NCBI RefSeq assembly: GCF_030144855.1
Contig: NC_082731.1
Coordinates: 27,838,001-27,902,000, forward strand
From: Hypanus sabinus
Taxonomy: Eukaryota
Direction: 5' to 3'
Length of the DNA stretch: 64,000 bases
The translations under genes and the position numbers were made by a program. Under the pieces are notes generated by a model. The model saw nothing but the letters and a program-made list of their open reading frames with translations. It was not told where the DNA came from and did no database searches. Below, piece by piece: positions 1-13,355 of the stretch; within the stretch, counting starts at the first letter, position 1, and the number at the start of each line of letters is the position of its first letter.

Positions 1-137
1 TATGGAAGGTGGATCAGGGAATAAACCGAAGAAATTCATGAGACATATTCTCCCAGAAACAGAGCCTTGTTGACTAATCCTAATCAACCCCAGTTTTTTG
101 AAATAGCTCTTAACCCTCAGAACTCCTCCATTAAGAC

Positions 138-2030
138 CATATCATATAGGAGCAGAATTAGGCCATTTGGCCCATTAAGTCTGTTCTGCCACTTCATCAT
201 GGCTGATCCACTTTCCCTCTCAGCCCCAATCTCTTGTCTGTTCCCCATATCCATTCATGCACTGATTAATCAAGAAAAATTAACCTCTGCCTTGAATATG
301 TCCAGACTTGTCCTCCACAGCTGCCTGTGGCAGTGAATTCCACAGACTCTCTACGCTCTGCTGAAAAACATTTATCCTCATCTCCATTCGAAAAGGAGTC
401 CCCTCTATTCTGTCCTTCAGTCTTAGACTCTCCCACTGTCCTCTCCTCATCCACTCTTATCAAGGCTTTTCAACATTTGATTGGTTTCAATAGGGTCACC
501 CCTCATTCTTCTGAATTCCAGTGAGTACATGAAATGCTCTCCATATGACAAGCCTTTCAATCCCAGAATCATTTTTGTGAATCTCCTTTGAACTCTCCCC
601 AATGTCAGCACATTCTTTCTCAGATAAGGAGCCCAAAAGTGCTCACAGTACTCCAAGTTGGGCCTCACCAATTCTTTCTAAAGCCTCAACATTACATCCT
701 TGCTTTTATCTTGTAGTCCTCTTGGAATGAATGCTGACATCACATTTGCCTCCCTCACCAGCGACTCAACCTGCAAACTAAGCTTTAGGAAATCTCGTAC
801 AAGGACTCCCAAGTTCCTTTGCATTTTTGAATTTTTTTGTCCATTCAGAAAACAGCCTTCCCTTTTATTTCTTCTATCAATGTGCATGGCCATACAATTC
901 CAAACATTGTATTCCATCTGCCACTTCATTGACCATTCTCAGAATCTGTCTTAGTCCTTCTCTAGCAACTCTACTTCCTCAAAACTAACTGCCCCCCTTC
1001 ACCCATCTTGTATCAGTGCAAACATTGCTATAAAACCAACAATAACATCATCCAAGTCATTGACATTTTTCATTAAAAGAAGCAGTCCTACCACTAGTCA
1101 TCAGCAGCCAACCAGAAAAGGCTCCCTTTGTTCCCATTCTTTGCCTCATGACAATCAGCCACTTTATCCATGTGAGTGTCCTTCCTGGGCTTTCTTCATG
1201 GGCTCTTAACTTGTTAAGCAGCCTCGTGCGCAGCACCTTGTCAAATGCCTTCTGAAAATCCACCAATTCTCTTTTGTCTATTCTGCTTAATATTTCTTCA
1301 AAGAATTCCAACAGATTTCTAAGGCAAGGTTTTCCTTGAGAAAAATATGCTGACTGCAGCCTATTTTATCATCCGGAAACCAGCACCTTAGCAATCGACT
1401 CCAACATCTTCCCAACCCATGAAGTCAGAATAACTGCCCTGCTATTTCTTTTCTTCTGCCTCTCCCCATCTTGAAAAGTGGCGTGACAATTACAATTTTC
1501 CAGTCTTCTGCAACCATTCCAGAATCTAGTGATTTTTAAAAGATCGTTAGTAATGCATCCACAATCCTTTCAGCCACCTCCTTCAGAACCCTGTGGTGTA
1601 CACCATCTGGTCCAGGTGACTTACCTACTCTCAGACCTTTCAGTTTCTCAAGAACCTACTCCCTAGTAACGGCAGTGTGTCCCACTTCTGTCCCCTGACA
1701 TGCTTGAAGTTCCACCATGCTGTTAGTGTCTTCCACAGTGAAGATTGATGCATAATACTTCTTCAGTTTGTCCATGATTTCCTTGTTCCCTATTACTACC
1801 TCTTCAGCATCGTTTTCCAGTGGTCTGAGATCCACTCTCGCCTCTCTTTTGCATTTTATGTATCTGAAAAATCTTCTGGTATTCTCTTTAATATTAGCTA
1901 GCTTACTTTCATATTCCATCTTTTGCTTCTTTAAGACTTTTTTCATTGCCTTCTGATGGTTTTTAAAATCCTCCCAGTCTAACTTCCCACCAATTCTTGC
2001 TCCGTTATATTAACTTCCTATATATTGGGT
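138..2030 (-). mobile_element. CR1 LINE, degenerate 3' half (RT to 3' end)
   Basis: Minus-strand ORF fragments FQKAFDKVLRTRLLNKLRAH (1057-1311), RPNLEYCEHFWAPYLRKNVLTLGRVQRRFTKMI (447-671) and KRKQKMEYESKLA-like ...KENTRRFFRYIKCKR (1656-1946) are typical CR1 ORF2 motifs; many stops and frameshifts. Confidence 0.88.
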
Positions 2031-3379
2031 TTACCAGTCTATAGTTTCTGGTATTTTAAGCAATCAATTCCCATCAATGAGAGGACTCCTTCCTCCAGGT
2101 ATAGAAGGCATTTGGACAAAGCCCCAGGATGAGATTCAAAGGAACAATTCTCAGTCCGTCTCTGTGGGAATGCCCCCATACATTATTGTATGAAAATATA
2201 CTTGGATCAGATTTTGGAGAGCCACACATTCACAAAGTTAGGGAGATTCCCAGTGCCTAAAACACAGGGTGCAAATCAGGAAGTGAGGAACATGGCACAA
2301 ATTTGGATATTAGTCCAGCAAACTGGCCTTTGAGGGTCTCTCCCTCTTGCTCTGTGATCTCTCCCTCCTTGTCCTTACCTGCTTCTCTCTTTTTTCACTC
2401 CTTCCACCTTCTCTAATCTGATTTCAGACATTTCAAACCTGCAATTTGCTGCCTCATTTCTCCTTCCTACACCATTATGCCTGGGGTCAGAAGCTGGCTC
2501 TGACAAGCTGCCTGCACTTTGTACACACAGACTGTTGGAGCCATCAGCTGAGAGAGAGAGAGAAACAGAGACATAAACAGGAAGCAGAAGACAAAGCTGT
2601 TACTGTGAGCAGTGAAGAGTGTAAAATATACTGGAGGACAAGCAGCACGTACTCACCGAAGGAAAGGAGGTGAGGGCAGGCCAGGGTCGGGAGCCGACAT
2701 TCCCAGAGGGGAGCAGAGGCCAGTGGCAAGGTAGGGTCCTCAGTTGTTGCCTGGTTTGCAGATGGCTGAAACGTGAGAGTGAGTCTGGTTGCTGAGCCAC
2801 GGACATTGTTTATTGGCGGCTGTCGCCACGCTGAGTGAAATGCGCAAGTGGGGGAGTATGGTCAAACTGGAAAGAAGGAATAAAACGACAGAAGGCAGAA
2901 GAGTTTAATAATGCCGAAGACAGAGGAACCAGTGTGTACGAGCTGGGGAAAGAGGTTTCACGAGGAGGTAGATTGAGTGACTATGTTGGAGAATGGCAGA
3001 GTGAGAGTGAGACGGGTACAATACCAATCAGTTCCGACACGCTGACACAAGGTTTAAGATACTGAGAATTAATTGAGAAGCTGGGTTCGTGTCGATGATA
3101 ACGCAAGTTTAGGTCACATCATGGCAGCTGGGATGTTTAAAGAGATTATTAAATATGTACCTGTGGCTTTGAAAAATGGATTGGTATCTAAACGCATGAC
3201 TGACGTGCTTCAGGGAAGGGAATCTGCTGACTTTACCTGGTCTGGCCTGTTTATGACCCCAGGCCCACAGTAATGTAACCTTTAAATGCACTGTGAAATG
3301 GCTCAGTAATCCACCCAGTTCAAGAGCAGTTGGGATGGGAAAGAAATGTTCCACTCACATCCCATGAATGATTAACTAA

Positions 3380-4330
3380 AAGCCATCCATAGTTTATGTT
3401 GTATCATGATGGATCCATCACTATATTGTTTTCAGATTGATCCCATGGGATTGGGATTGACTTTTAATTAAATTGCAATTATTACATTATTTCAGTGTTA
3501 ATATATCATGATTGTTTTATTGTTTATTTTATGTAATTATGTCATGATATTGTATTGAGTTTTTTCCATGAAAATTCCACTGATAAGTTGTTTCTGTTTG
3601 TATAAAATTGCATGTGATAGAATCTCCTCAGATATGGCATTGGAAATTACTTTGTCCATAATGGTATTGATCAGCCCTGCTTAATCATGCACTCCAGGTG
3701 ATGTGCATGAGGAATCTCCACAGGATCTGGTCGTAAGTCATAACCTTTTCCTGCAATAACTTCCCCAGTGTCTGATTCAATGCTGTGCCCTTCATGACCT
3801 GCTCTGCACTCCTGGTTATGGGCACAGGGAATCTCCTGCAATCTGTGATTTTGTCTCTAAAATCTGCTCCGTATATATTTTCCCACATGACTGAACGTGG
3901 GGCATTCCCTGAGATATTGGGTTGGGAATCTGATTCTCGGATTCTTCCAAATAACTGATTTTAAATAGTTTCTCACACATGGGAATCACAACCTTCCCGA
4001 TGATCAATCGTGTATTCCCAAGCTCTGTCTCATGAACGATTTCAGGTCCTGTGGAGGGGTATTTGTCCCATTGTCTGGTCCTTCATAGTTTTCTCCGTTG
4101 TATTTCTTCAATATCTGGACGTGTGCCTTGCTCCAAAATCTGTCCCTTGTACTTACTCTGCTCAAATCAGGTGCTGGTGTTCATAATCTAAATAGCTGTT
4201 CTATTCTGTTTTTGGTTTGCATTAATCTAGTATCTGTTTATGTTTTCTCTCCTGGTGTGTTTTACCCTGGTATCTGTTGTATTTGGCTGCATTGGCATAT
4301 TTTCTCAAAATGTTCTCGCACCGAAATCAC
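3380..4330 (-). other. Degenerate coding-like block, possibly a retroviral/LTR integrase remnant; second copy at about 23880-24775
   Basis: Stitched frames give WEYTID..., QGMPHVQSxGKIYTEQILE, RFPVP..SAEQV, ALNQTLxKxLEEQVMTWDQIL and WIHH, loosely in integrase-core order. Heavily decayed; motif spacing only partly fits. Confidence 0.3.
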
Positions 4331-4879
4331 ATTAAAACATGTACATGGCCGATCCCCAGTTCTGTGTCACCTGTACTTGTATCAACACCCCCACACTCTC
4401 TGATGGGGGATGCTGCAGGATGCACAAAGCTTCCTTCAGCGAAACACTGAGAAGACCAAAAGCTTTCTTCCCCACAGTGAGTCCTGTTCCAGCGCACTGA
4501 TGCTGTTAATTCCCTTTTCAGTGATGTGAGAACAAAAATTCAGGCTGACTTGGCTGTTCACTGTAGTACAGATGGACAGAGGTGCTGCCTTTTAGCTGAG
4601 ACATTGGAGAACATGAGAAAATGAGCTGTAAGTGTGGGGCTACATTCATATATTACAGGCTGGAAGTCCCTCTGATGTTTGTCCCGGGATGTATTACCCA
4701 CTTGTTGTACTTGGAGGCAGGTGAAGTCACTGCAGTGATGAGGGAACTAAGTTGGGCTGAATGGCTTCCCTCAGTTTTATCAACTCCAGACATTTCATTT
4801 TCTTTTTAATTAATACAATTTCAAATCATGACGTAAACTCTAGTGGAAAACTGAAAGAAAAGCGACAGGCAATGATTTC

Positions 4880-5800
4880 CACAACACCTGATTTACAAAA
4901 TATTTCACAGCAAGATCCCGGGCCCACCCTCCACCACACTCCCCCTCCCCCTGTAACCTTCTTGCTCCAAAAAAATAATCACTTCTTCACCTCCCTCTTC
5001 TCCTTCACTATCCAAACCCTGATTCCCCTCCTCCCCATTCCCAAGCCTTCACCCCGCCTTCCTCTCCCCTCCTGTATACCCCCTCCAGTGTCCCATATCC
5101 TGCCACTTTCCCAATGTATCATCCACTGCTGCCCCTACGCCCACCTAACCGGCTCTGTGCCCCCATTTCCCATCTGGCATCCCCGGTGCATTTAGTTGTT
5201 TATATTCTGAAATGAGCAGTTGCAGTGCAGTAGCCTTGGATTGCCAAACACCAATCCTTCCCATCTCCATCATGTCCATTTCCCTCCTTCTTCCCAACAT
5301 CCACTTGCCTGTCCATACATCTCTTAAAAGCCTCTAATGTATTTGTCTCTACTACCACACCAGGCAGTACAATCCAGACATCCTCCGACACTTCCTCTAA
5401 CTTGACCTCTAAAAGCCCAAATGTATTTATATGCTCAGCACTTATCTCCTGGTTCTCCAGATGCTTTTCCTTGGTAAATAATGAACCAAAGTACTCACTA
5501 AGTACCTCACTCACATTTTCTGAATCGAAGCAAATGTTCCCCTCTTTATCGGAGAGTGGTCTCACCCTCATCCTCTTAATCTTGATGTATGTATAAAATG
5601 CTTTGGGATTTACCTTTATCCTACTTGCCAAGAACTTTTCATAGCCCCTCCTGGCTTTCCTAATTCTCTTCCTTAATTCCTTTCTGGTTTCTTTATGCTG
5701 CTCATGTGCTTCATTTGATCCAAACTTCTGAAGTTTTACATACTTTTTCTTTTTGACTAAAGTCAAGTTGCTTTTTGTTGTCAATCTGATCATAAACTGC
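4880..5800 (-). mobile_element. CR1 fragment with large internal deletion joined to its 3' tail
   Basis: ORF 5200-5793: KRIRKARRGYEKFLASRIKVNPKAFYTYIK...LSEYFGSLFTKEK, jumping directly to C-terminal VVETNTLEAFKRCMD. Confidence 0.78.
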
Positions 5801-6250
5801 TGGTACAGTCCACATTAAAAATGAAACAACATTCCTCCAGGGCCATGGTGCTACGTGAAACATCACAAAACTACACTAGACTATGTGAGACAACTCAGGG
5901 CTACACTAGACTACAGACACTGTAGTCTGTACACAAGACTACATAAAGTGCACAAAACAGTGCAGGGCAGTAAAATAATTAATTAATAAGACAATAGGCA
6001 AAGTACAGGACAAATTTCAATATAATAATAAATAATGTAGATGTTAGTCCAGAGTCTGGATATTGAGGAGTCTGAAGGTTTGGGGGAAGAAACTGTTGCA
6101 CAGTCTGGTCATGAGAGCTCGAATGCTTCAGTACCTTTTGCCAGGAGGGAGGAGAGTTTGTGTGAGGGGTGCATGGGGTCCTTCACAATGCTGTTAGCTT
6201 TGCGGGTGCAGCATGTGGCATAAATGTCTGTAATGGCAGGAAGAGATTGT
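5800..6250 (-). mobile_element. L2/Rex1-like LINE 3' fragment
   Basis: Resembles the abundant LINE tail also seen at about 10990-11320, 24775-24885 (same strand) and 12310-12770, 38940-39400 (opposite strand). Family assignment is from pattern recall only. Confidence 0.4.
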
Positions 6251-9200
6251 GATGGAACCTTAAGTTTTATTCATTATGGACTGTGCCTTTAAGAACCATG
6301 TCTGCATTTAATTCAATATTATTAAAACATCAAGATTTTTGTGATTTGAAAAAACATTCAGTTTTTTTTTTAGATACAAACTCACATTCAGTTGGTGATA
6401 AATTTATATTATGGGAAGCGATGAAGGCATATTTGAGAGGCCAGATAATAAGTTATACTTCTAAAATTAAGAAGGAATATATGGTAGAAATAGATCAATT
6501 GGAAAAAGAGATTACAAAATTAGAAAAAGAATCTCAAAGATATATGACAGAAAAAAAACAAAGGCAACTTGTTAATAAGAAGCTGCAATATAATACACTT
6601 CAGACATACCGAGCAGAAAAAGCAATTATGAGAACTAAACAGAGATATTATGAACTAGGTGAAAGATCACACAAGATTCTTGCTTGGCAGTTAAAAACAG
6701 ACCAGGCTTCCAAAACGATAAATGCAATTACAACAAGTGTAAATAAAATTTCTTATAAACCTTTAGAAATCAATGAAACTTTAAAATTTTTTTTATTCTG
6801 AATTGTATCAATCAGAATCACAAAATGATATTGTCGAGATAGAAAGGTTTTTATCACAAATAACTCTCCCAAAATTGAATTCGGAAGAACAGAAGGGATT
6901 AGATGTGCCTTTTACATTAAAAGAGGTTCAAGAAGCTCTAGGATCACTTCAGAGCAATAAATCTCCAGGAGAAGATGGTTTTCCGCCTGAATTTTACAAT
7001 AAGTTTAAAGATTTATTAATTCCTCCTTTTATGGAGCTAATAGACCAAGCGGAAAGAACGCATATACTTCCAGAATCTTTTTCGACAGCTACTTTAATAG
7101 TATTGCCAAAAAAAGACAGAGATCTTTTAAAGCCAACATCATATAGACCTATTTCTTTGTTGAACACGGACTATAAAATAATAGCAAAGATTTTATCTAA
7201 TAGATTATCTAAATACTTACCAAAATTAATATTCATGGACCAAACAGGATTTATTAAAAATAGACAATCAGCAGATAATATAACTCGGTTATTTAGCTTA
7301 ATTCATTTGGCACATAAGAGGGAGGAAATGAGTGTGGCAGTTGCTTTGGATGCAGAAAAAACATCTGATAGATTGGAATGGGATTTTTTATTTAAGGTAT
7401 TGGAAAAATATGGATTAGGAGTATCTTTTATAAAATGGATTAAAACCTTAAATACTAACCCCAAAGCTAAAGTGGTGACAAATGGCCAAATTTCAACATC
7501 ATTTCAGTTAACAAGGTCAACTAGACAAGGTTGTCCATTATCAACTGCTTTATTTGTGTTGGCGATAGAACCATTAGCTGAATTAATTATAACTGACTCA
7601 GATATTATGGGTTTCAGAGTTATTCAGGAGGAATATAAGATTAACTTATTTGCTGATGATGTTCTGATTTATCTAACTAACCCATTGCATTTGTTGCGTA
7701 AATTATCTTCTAGATTGGAAGAATATGGGAAAATATCGGTACAAAATAAATTGGGATAAAAGTGAAATTCTACCCCTTACTAAAGGAGATTATAGTCAAA
7801 GTCAATTAATAACAATTTAGATGGCCGATAAATGGTATAAAGTATTTAGGTATAAGAGTTGATAATGGTATAAAGAATTTATATAAATTAAATTATTTGC
7901 CATTATTGAAAAAAATTAAAGAGGATCTTGATAAATGGATGATGTTACAAATAACATTAATAGGTAGAGTCAATGCTGTAAAATGAATATATTCCCTAGA
8001 TTACAATATTTATTGCAAACATTACCAATATAATTACCGCAGAAATTTTTTCAAGAGTTAAATAAATGTGTGAGGAAATTCCTTTGGAAAGGTAAGATGT
8101 CAAGAATATCGTTGGAAAAATTGACATGGAAATTTGACCTAGGGGGGTTACAATTACCAAATTTTAAGAATTATTACAAAGCAAATCAACTTAGATTTAT
8201 TGCATTTTTTTGATGAAGATAAACCAGCATGGATTAGAATAGAATTAGACAAAATAGGAGAAAATATACCAGAAGATTTTATGTATAAATGGGAATCTAA
8301 ATGGATACAGGGAAAGAAAGAATCTCCTACACTAAAACATTTGATTGATTTATGGAATAAGATAAATGCTGATGATGAGATAAAGAAATCTTTATTAGCA
8401 AAGAGACCTTTAATTCAAAATAAACTTATCCCTTTTACAATGGATAATCAATTTATATAACTGGTTTCACAAAGGGATTAGATATATAGGAGACTGTTTT
8501 GAAGGAGGTATATTAATGTCATTTGACCAATTAAAGAATCAATATAAAATATCAAATAACACTCTTTTCTGTTATTTCCAATTAAGGGCTTACTTAAAGA
8601 TAAATGTTCTTTAAACAATGTTCTTGCCGAAACTTAATGAAATAGAAACTTTAATTCAGATAGGAAACATTAAAAAAATTATTTCTGGTATGTATAATTT
8701 GATGCAAAAACAAGCAATTAAACAAGGAATTCATAAGTCAAGACAAAAATGGGAAACTGATTTGAATATTAAAATTGATGAAACAAGTTGGTCAAGATTA
8801 TGTCTTGACAGTATGACAAATACAATAAATGTTCAACTAAGATTAGTACAATATAACTTTTTACATCAAATATATATTACACCCCAAAAAATAAATAGAT
8901 TAAACTCAAATTTATCTGAACAATGTTTTCGATGTAATCAAGAAATTGGTACTTTTTTTACACTCTCTCTACTTGGTCTTGTTTTAAAATTCAACCTTTT
9001 TGGACAAATTTAAGAGTTTTACTGGAACAAATTATTGGAATACAACTTCCACATAATCCAACATTATTATTACTAGGCGATATTGAAGTGATAAAATCGA
9101 AATCCAAATTGAATAAATATCAGAAAGAATTCATAAAAATTGCATTGGCAGTAGCCAAAAAGGCTGTTGCAGTTACTTGGAAATTGGATTCATACTTAAG

Positions 9201-10345
9201 TATAGATCGTTGAAAGAATGAAATTTTTAGCTGCATTCCACTAGAAAAAAATTACTTATAATTTAAGAGATAAATATGAAATATTTCAGAAAATTTGGCA
9301 CCCTTATTTACAAATGTTACGAATTCCCGTAACTGGATCACTTACCAGCAAAGATAGAGAGGTCCATTGAAGTCTGATGGTACTATTTTTAAACGTATTT
9401 ATTGATAAAGGGCACAAAAATAAGATTAATGCAAACATACAGATAATATATGTCGTCAATACTAAATCTAAGCGTGGGTATAATAATAACCAATAAGAAA
9501 TAGCTCTATCGTTCTCTTGGGGATAATGTATTGTCCGATGGAAAGATAACAGTCACTATCAGTTTGTTCAAGCTGCAGCGTTGTTGGGTTTAAAAGTGAT
9601 GTGGTTTAAACTTGCCCCAGGTCTTTTAAGATGCCGATCCGTTGAGTCAGGGGAGCGGGCTTCCCCGTTGTTAGCTAAAAGCTGTTTTCCCGTGGTTCCA
9701 GCCACCAATTCCAGCCACAGAATCGAACGCACGTGGCTTCCTTCAGCTGACTTCCTGCTGCTACGTGATCACTTAATGTTTCTTCTGGTGCGTCTGAAGG
9801 GGTTGTTCCCCAGACCCTCTTTTATACTTCCTCAGGTTGGGATGATACAATCCCTCAACCAGCCCACTCTGGTCACCCCCTGACCGGCTTCAATGAATAG
9901 TACAGTACTCAATACACAACTTGGTCATCCGGAGACAATGGCCATGTCCCGTAGCTTTACATCGCCGGGGAAACGAGCCAGCCTGCACGTCTCTTTTCCC
10001 ATTTCCTGTGCCCCTTGACCCAACCCAACAGTGATCTTGTGATTCTCACAAAGGGGGGGGGGGCTACGGACGTAACACAAAAAATAGGATTAAATATACA
10101 GGTGCTCCAAAGATAAACTTATTAGTTATCTGGGGAAAGAAATAAATATACATATTAAAGCTATTATGACCTCCATGGAGCATATGGGGATCTTCCGATA
10201 TCCAGGCATTCTTTCCTTCTTTCTTTCTTTTTTCTTCTTTTTTTCAATAGGGATATGTTAAGGGGGAGGGGTTAAGGGGAGGGGGGGGGAAGGTTGATAA
10301 TTTTTGTTTCTTTCTGTAACATATTTGAAAATTCTATTTAAAAAC
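6250..10345 (+). mobile_element. L1-clade LINE, 5'-truncated ORF2 (frameshifted), interrupted near its 3' end by a solo LTR
   Basis: ORF 6803-7759: KSPGEDGFPPEFY, YRPISLLNTDYKI, QTGFIKNRQ, DAEK, TRQGCPLS, LFADD. C-terminal CFRCNQEIGT zinc-knuckle remnant at about 8925. L1 3' sequence resumes at 10078. Confidence 0.93.
9315..10077 (-). mobile_element. Solo LTR (763 bp)
   Basis: Inverted termini tgttacg...cgtaaca; 4-bp TSD caaa (9311-9314, 10078-10081); TATA- and AATAAA-like motifs on the minus strand. Confidence 0.85.
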
Positions 10346-10354
10346 AGAACCATG

Positions 10355-10462
10355 TCTGTCAGAGAGAGAGAGAGCCGAGCGACAGCAGATGACTGGCTGC
10401 AGCGCAAGCGCCGGGGGGGGGGGGGGGGGGTGGGGGGGGGGTGGAGTGGAGAGAGAGAGAGA
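10355..10462. repeat. (GA)n microsatellites flanking a G-run of about 30 nt
   Basis: Seen directly: gagagaga..., then poly-G at about 10413-10441. Confidence 0.9.
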
Positions 10463-11339
10463 CATTTAAATGAGCGTTAACGCTTGTTTCTCAGGGCACG
10501 CAGACACACGAAGGCTGGTGGTGGAAATTGCCACTGAACTTTAAGTACCCACAAAGAGTGGGGCTGAGGATCAGTTAAGAGGAATCGATCCATGACTATT
10601 AGTGCATGTGAGGGCGACCCTGTGGAATGTACCGTTGTGTCTAACCCTTGCCTGGGTTTGGAGATTATCACTTGAAGACGGCGCTGTTAAGTTGGTCACG
10701 TTTGGGGGACTTGGAAGATTTGGAGGACAGTGAGGAGGATCGACAACACTTGTTTATTCAGATTACAAATATCTCTCTGTCACTTCAATCCCGTGCATCT
10801 GAACTGAACTTTTCTTACATACCATCATAAGACTGTAATTCTTGCCACCTGAGCTTGAATAAGTTTGGGAACTTTATCTTTGTTTTACACCTATATATGC
10901 ATAACACTGTTAACTCTTGATTTACCTGGATTAAATTATTATATTACGTAGACCCTGATAAAATAGTGGTTTGTTAACAGCAAAACCAGACTCCAGGGGT
11001 GTTCTGTTGCTGCTGATATTTTTAAAGGATTGCATGTACATGGCAGGAGACCCCGATGATCTTCTCAGCAGACCTCACTATCCTCCACAGAGTCTTGCAA
11101 TCCGAGACAGTGCAATTCCTGAACAAGGCAGTGATGCAGCTGCTCAGGATGCTCTCGATACATCCTCTGTAGAATGTGGTGAGAATGGGGCGTAGTAGGT
11201 GGACTTTTCTCAGCCTTCACAGGAAGTCGAGATGCTGCTGGGCTTTCTTGGCAATGGAGCAGGTATTGAGGGACCAGGTGAAATTCTCTGCCAGGTGAAC
11301 ACCAAGAAATTTGGTGGGCTTAACAATCTCAATTGCACT

Positions 11340-12300
11340 TTTGACGTGCATTTTCTATCTCCCGTTGTAATTTGCAGACTACATTTTTGCTACTGTTCAG
11401 AGGTCTGAAAATAACTGTCATCAAGGATTTTTACCTTTGCTGTTTCTTAGCTCTACCAACAACAATTCTACACCTCCTGATCCTTTGTCACCTCTTTATA
11501 GTTATTTGATTTAATTTTTTACTAACACAGCCACACCATGTCCTCTGCCTACGTGCCTGTCCTTTCAATACATTGTGTATCCTTGGACATCAAGGTCCCA
11601 GCTATAATCTTCTTTCAGCGGTGATTTAGTATTGCCCGTACTATCATACATTCCAATCTGTAGCTGTGCTACAAGTTCATCTAGCTGATTCCCTATACTG
11701 TCTGCATTCAATTATTACAGCTTCAGTCCTGAGTTCATCACCCTTTTCGATTTTGTCCCCCTTTTACATTTCAACATCCCATTGACTGCAATTTTGCCCT
11801 ATCATCAGCCCTTGTTTGCTAGCAGACTCACTACATATTGCCTCTGTTTGTAAATGAACGACTAGATCCATAGCCCCACCACTCCCTTTCCCATCCCCTG
11901 TCAGATGAGTTCAAACCCTTCTGAACAGCTCCAGCAAACCTGCCCACAAAGATATTTATCTGCCTTGGATTCGCGTGCAACCTGTCCCTTTTGTACACGT
12001 TGTAACTTCCCCAGAAGGGATCCCAGTGATCCAGAAATCTGAACCCCTGCCCCCTACATCAGTTTCTCAGCCACACATTTATCTGCCAAATCATCCTATT
12101 ACCCTTAACTTGCTGTTCTCTGAATACAACTCTCGTTTGATTTCCTTGTGTAAGTCCACAATTATTGCCCCAAATTCCCATTCACATTCTGCCACTTTTG
12201 CTTATCAAGGCCCGGAGGACTCAACATATAGATGCAGCTACAAAGAAGGCTTGACAGCTGCTATATTTCATTGGGAGTTTGAGGAGATTTGGTACGTCAA
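11340..12300 (-). mobile_element. CR1 5' region including ORF1 SGNH/esterase-like segment
   Basis: Reverse complement of about 11975-12055 reads GQGFRFLDHWDPFWGSYNVYKRDRLH; homologous segments at 17085-17300 and 26480-26716. Confidence 0.72.
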
Positions 12301-12769
12301 CTAAAACAATCACAAATTTTGACATGTACTGTGGGAACATTCTAACTGGCTGCATCACCATCTGGTATGGGGAGTGAGGGGCCTCCATAGTATCAGGGTA
12401 TCTTGAAAGAGCAATGCTTCAAAAAGGTGGCATGCATCATTAAGGACCCCCTTTACCCAGGTCAGGTCTTGCTGTCATTGCTACCATCAGGATGAGGTAC
12501 AGAAGCCAGAAGGCACGCACTCAACTATTCAGGAACGACTTTTTCCCCTCTGCCATCCGATTTCTGAATGGAAATTGAACCCATGAACTCTACCTCATGA
12601 CTGTTTTACTTCTACTTTGCACAACTTATTTATTGGTAATTATTTAATAATTATGTGTATACACACTATTCACAGATTTTTTTCTCTATTATTATGTATT
12701 GCATTGTTCTGCTGCTGCAGAGACAATGGAGTTCATGATATATGCCGGTGATATTAAGTCTGATTCTGA

Positions 12770-13355
12770 TAGATCAGGAAATTGTTCCAGAATGCCAGCT
12801 GTTTGAAAAGGCTGATTGGGGAAAGTTTAAAGAAATAAGTGATCCGGAATGACAGAATATTGAGATCAATCAGGATGTGGATCTTTTATGTGACAAGATT
12901 GTGGAAGGGATAATGACAGCAGCAACAATAAGTATACCAAGGAAATGGAATAGAGCTGAAAGGAAAATGGTGCCATGGTGGAGAAAAGACTGTGGGGAAG
13001 CAATTAGACATCGTAATAGAGCATTCAGAATGGAATAGAGGACACACGATTTTCCAAAATTAATTGAGTGTAAAAATATGCAAGCAATAGTGAGAAAAAC
13101 AATTTGAAAGGCAAAACAGGAATATTGGAGTAAGCTGATAGGAAATCCTTCAAAGCAATATATAAATAAGATTAATAAGATCTGTATAGGATTAGCCTGC
13201 TGGACTATGGATGCTATATGGATCAGCATTACACTGTGTGCTCAGTAAACTGGATATAATTCAAAGGCAAGCATTAAGGGTAATCAGTGGGGCAATAAGG
13301 ACATCACCAGTGGTGGCAATGCAGGTGGAGTTGGGAGAGACTCCTCTGGAACTGA
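12770..13355 (+). mobile_element. I/Nimb-like LINE fragment (internally deleted ORF2)
   Basis: KADWGKF...MVPWWRKDCGEAIRHRNRAFR... followed by YGSALHCVLSKLDIIQRQALRVISGAIRTSPVVAMQVELGETPLEL. Confidence 0.55.
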
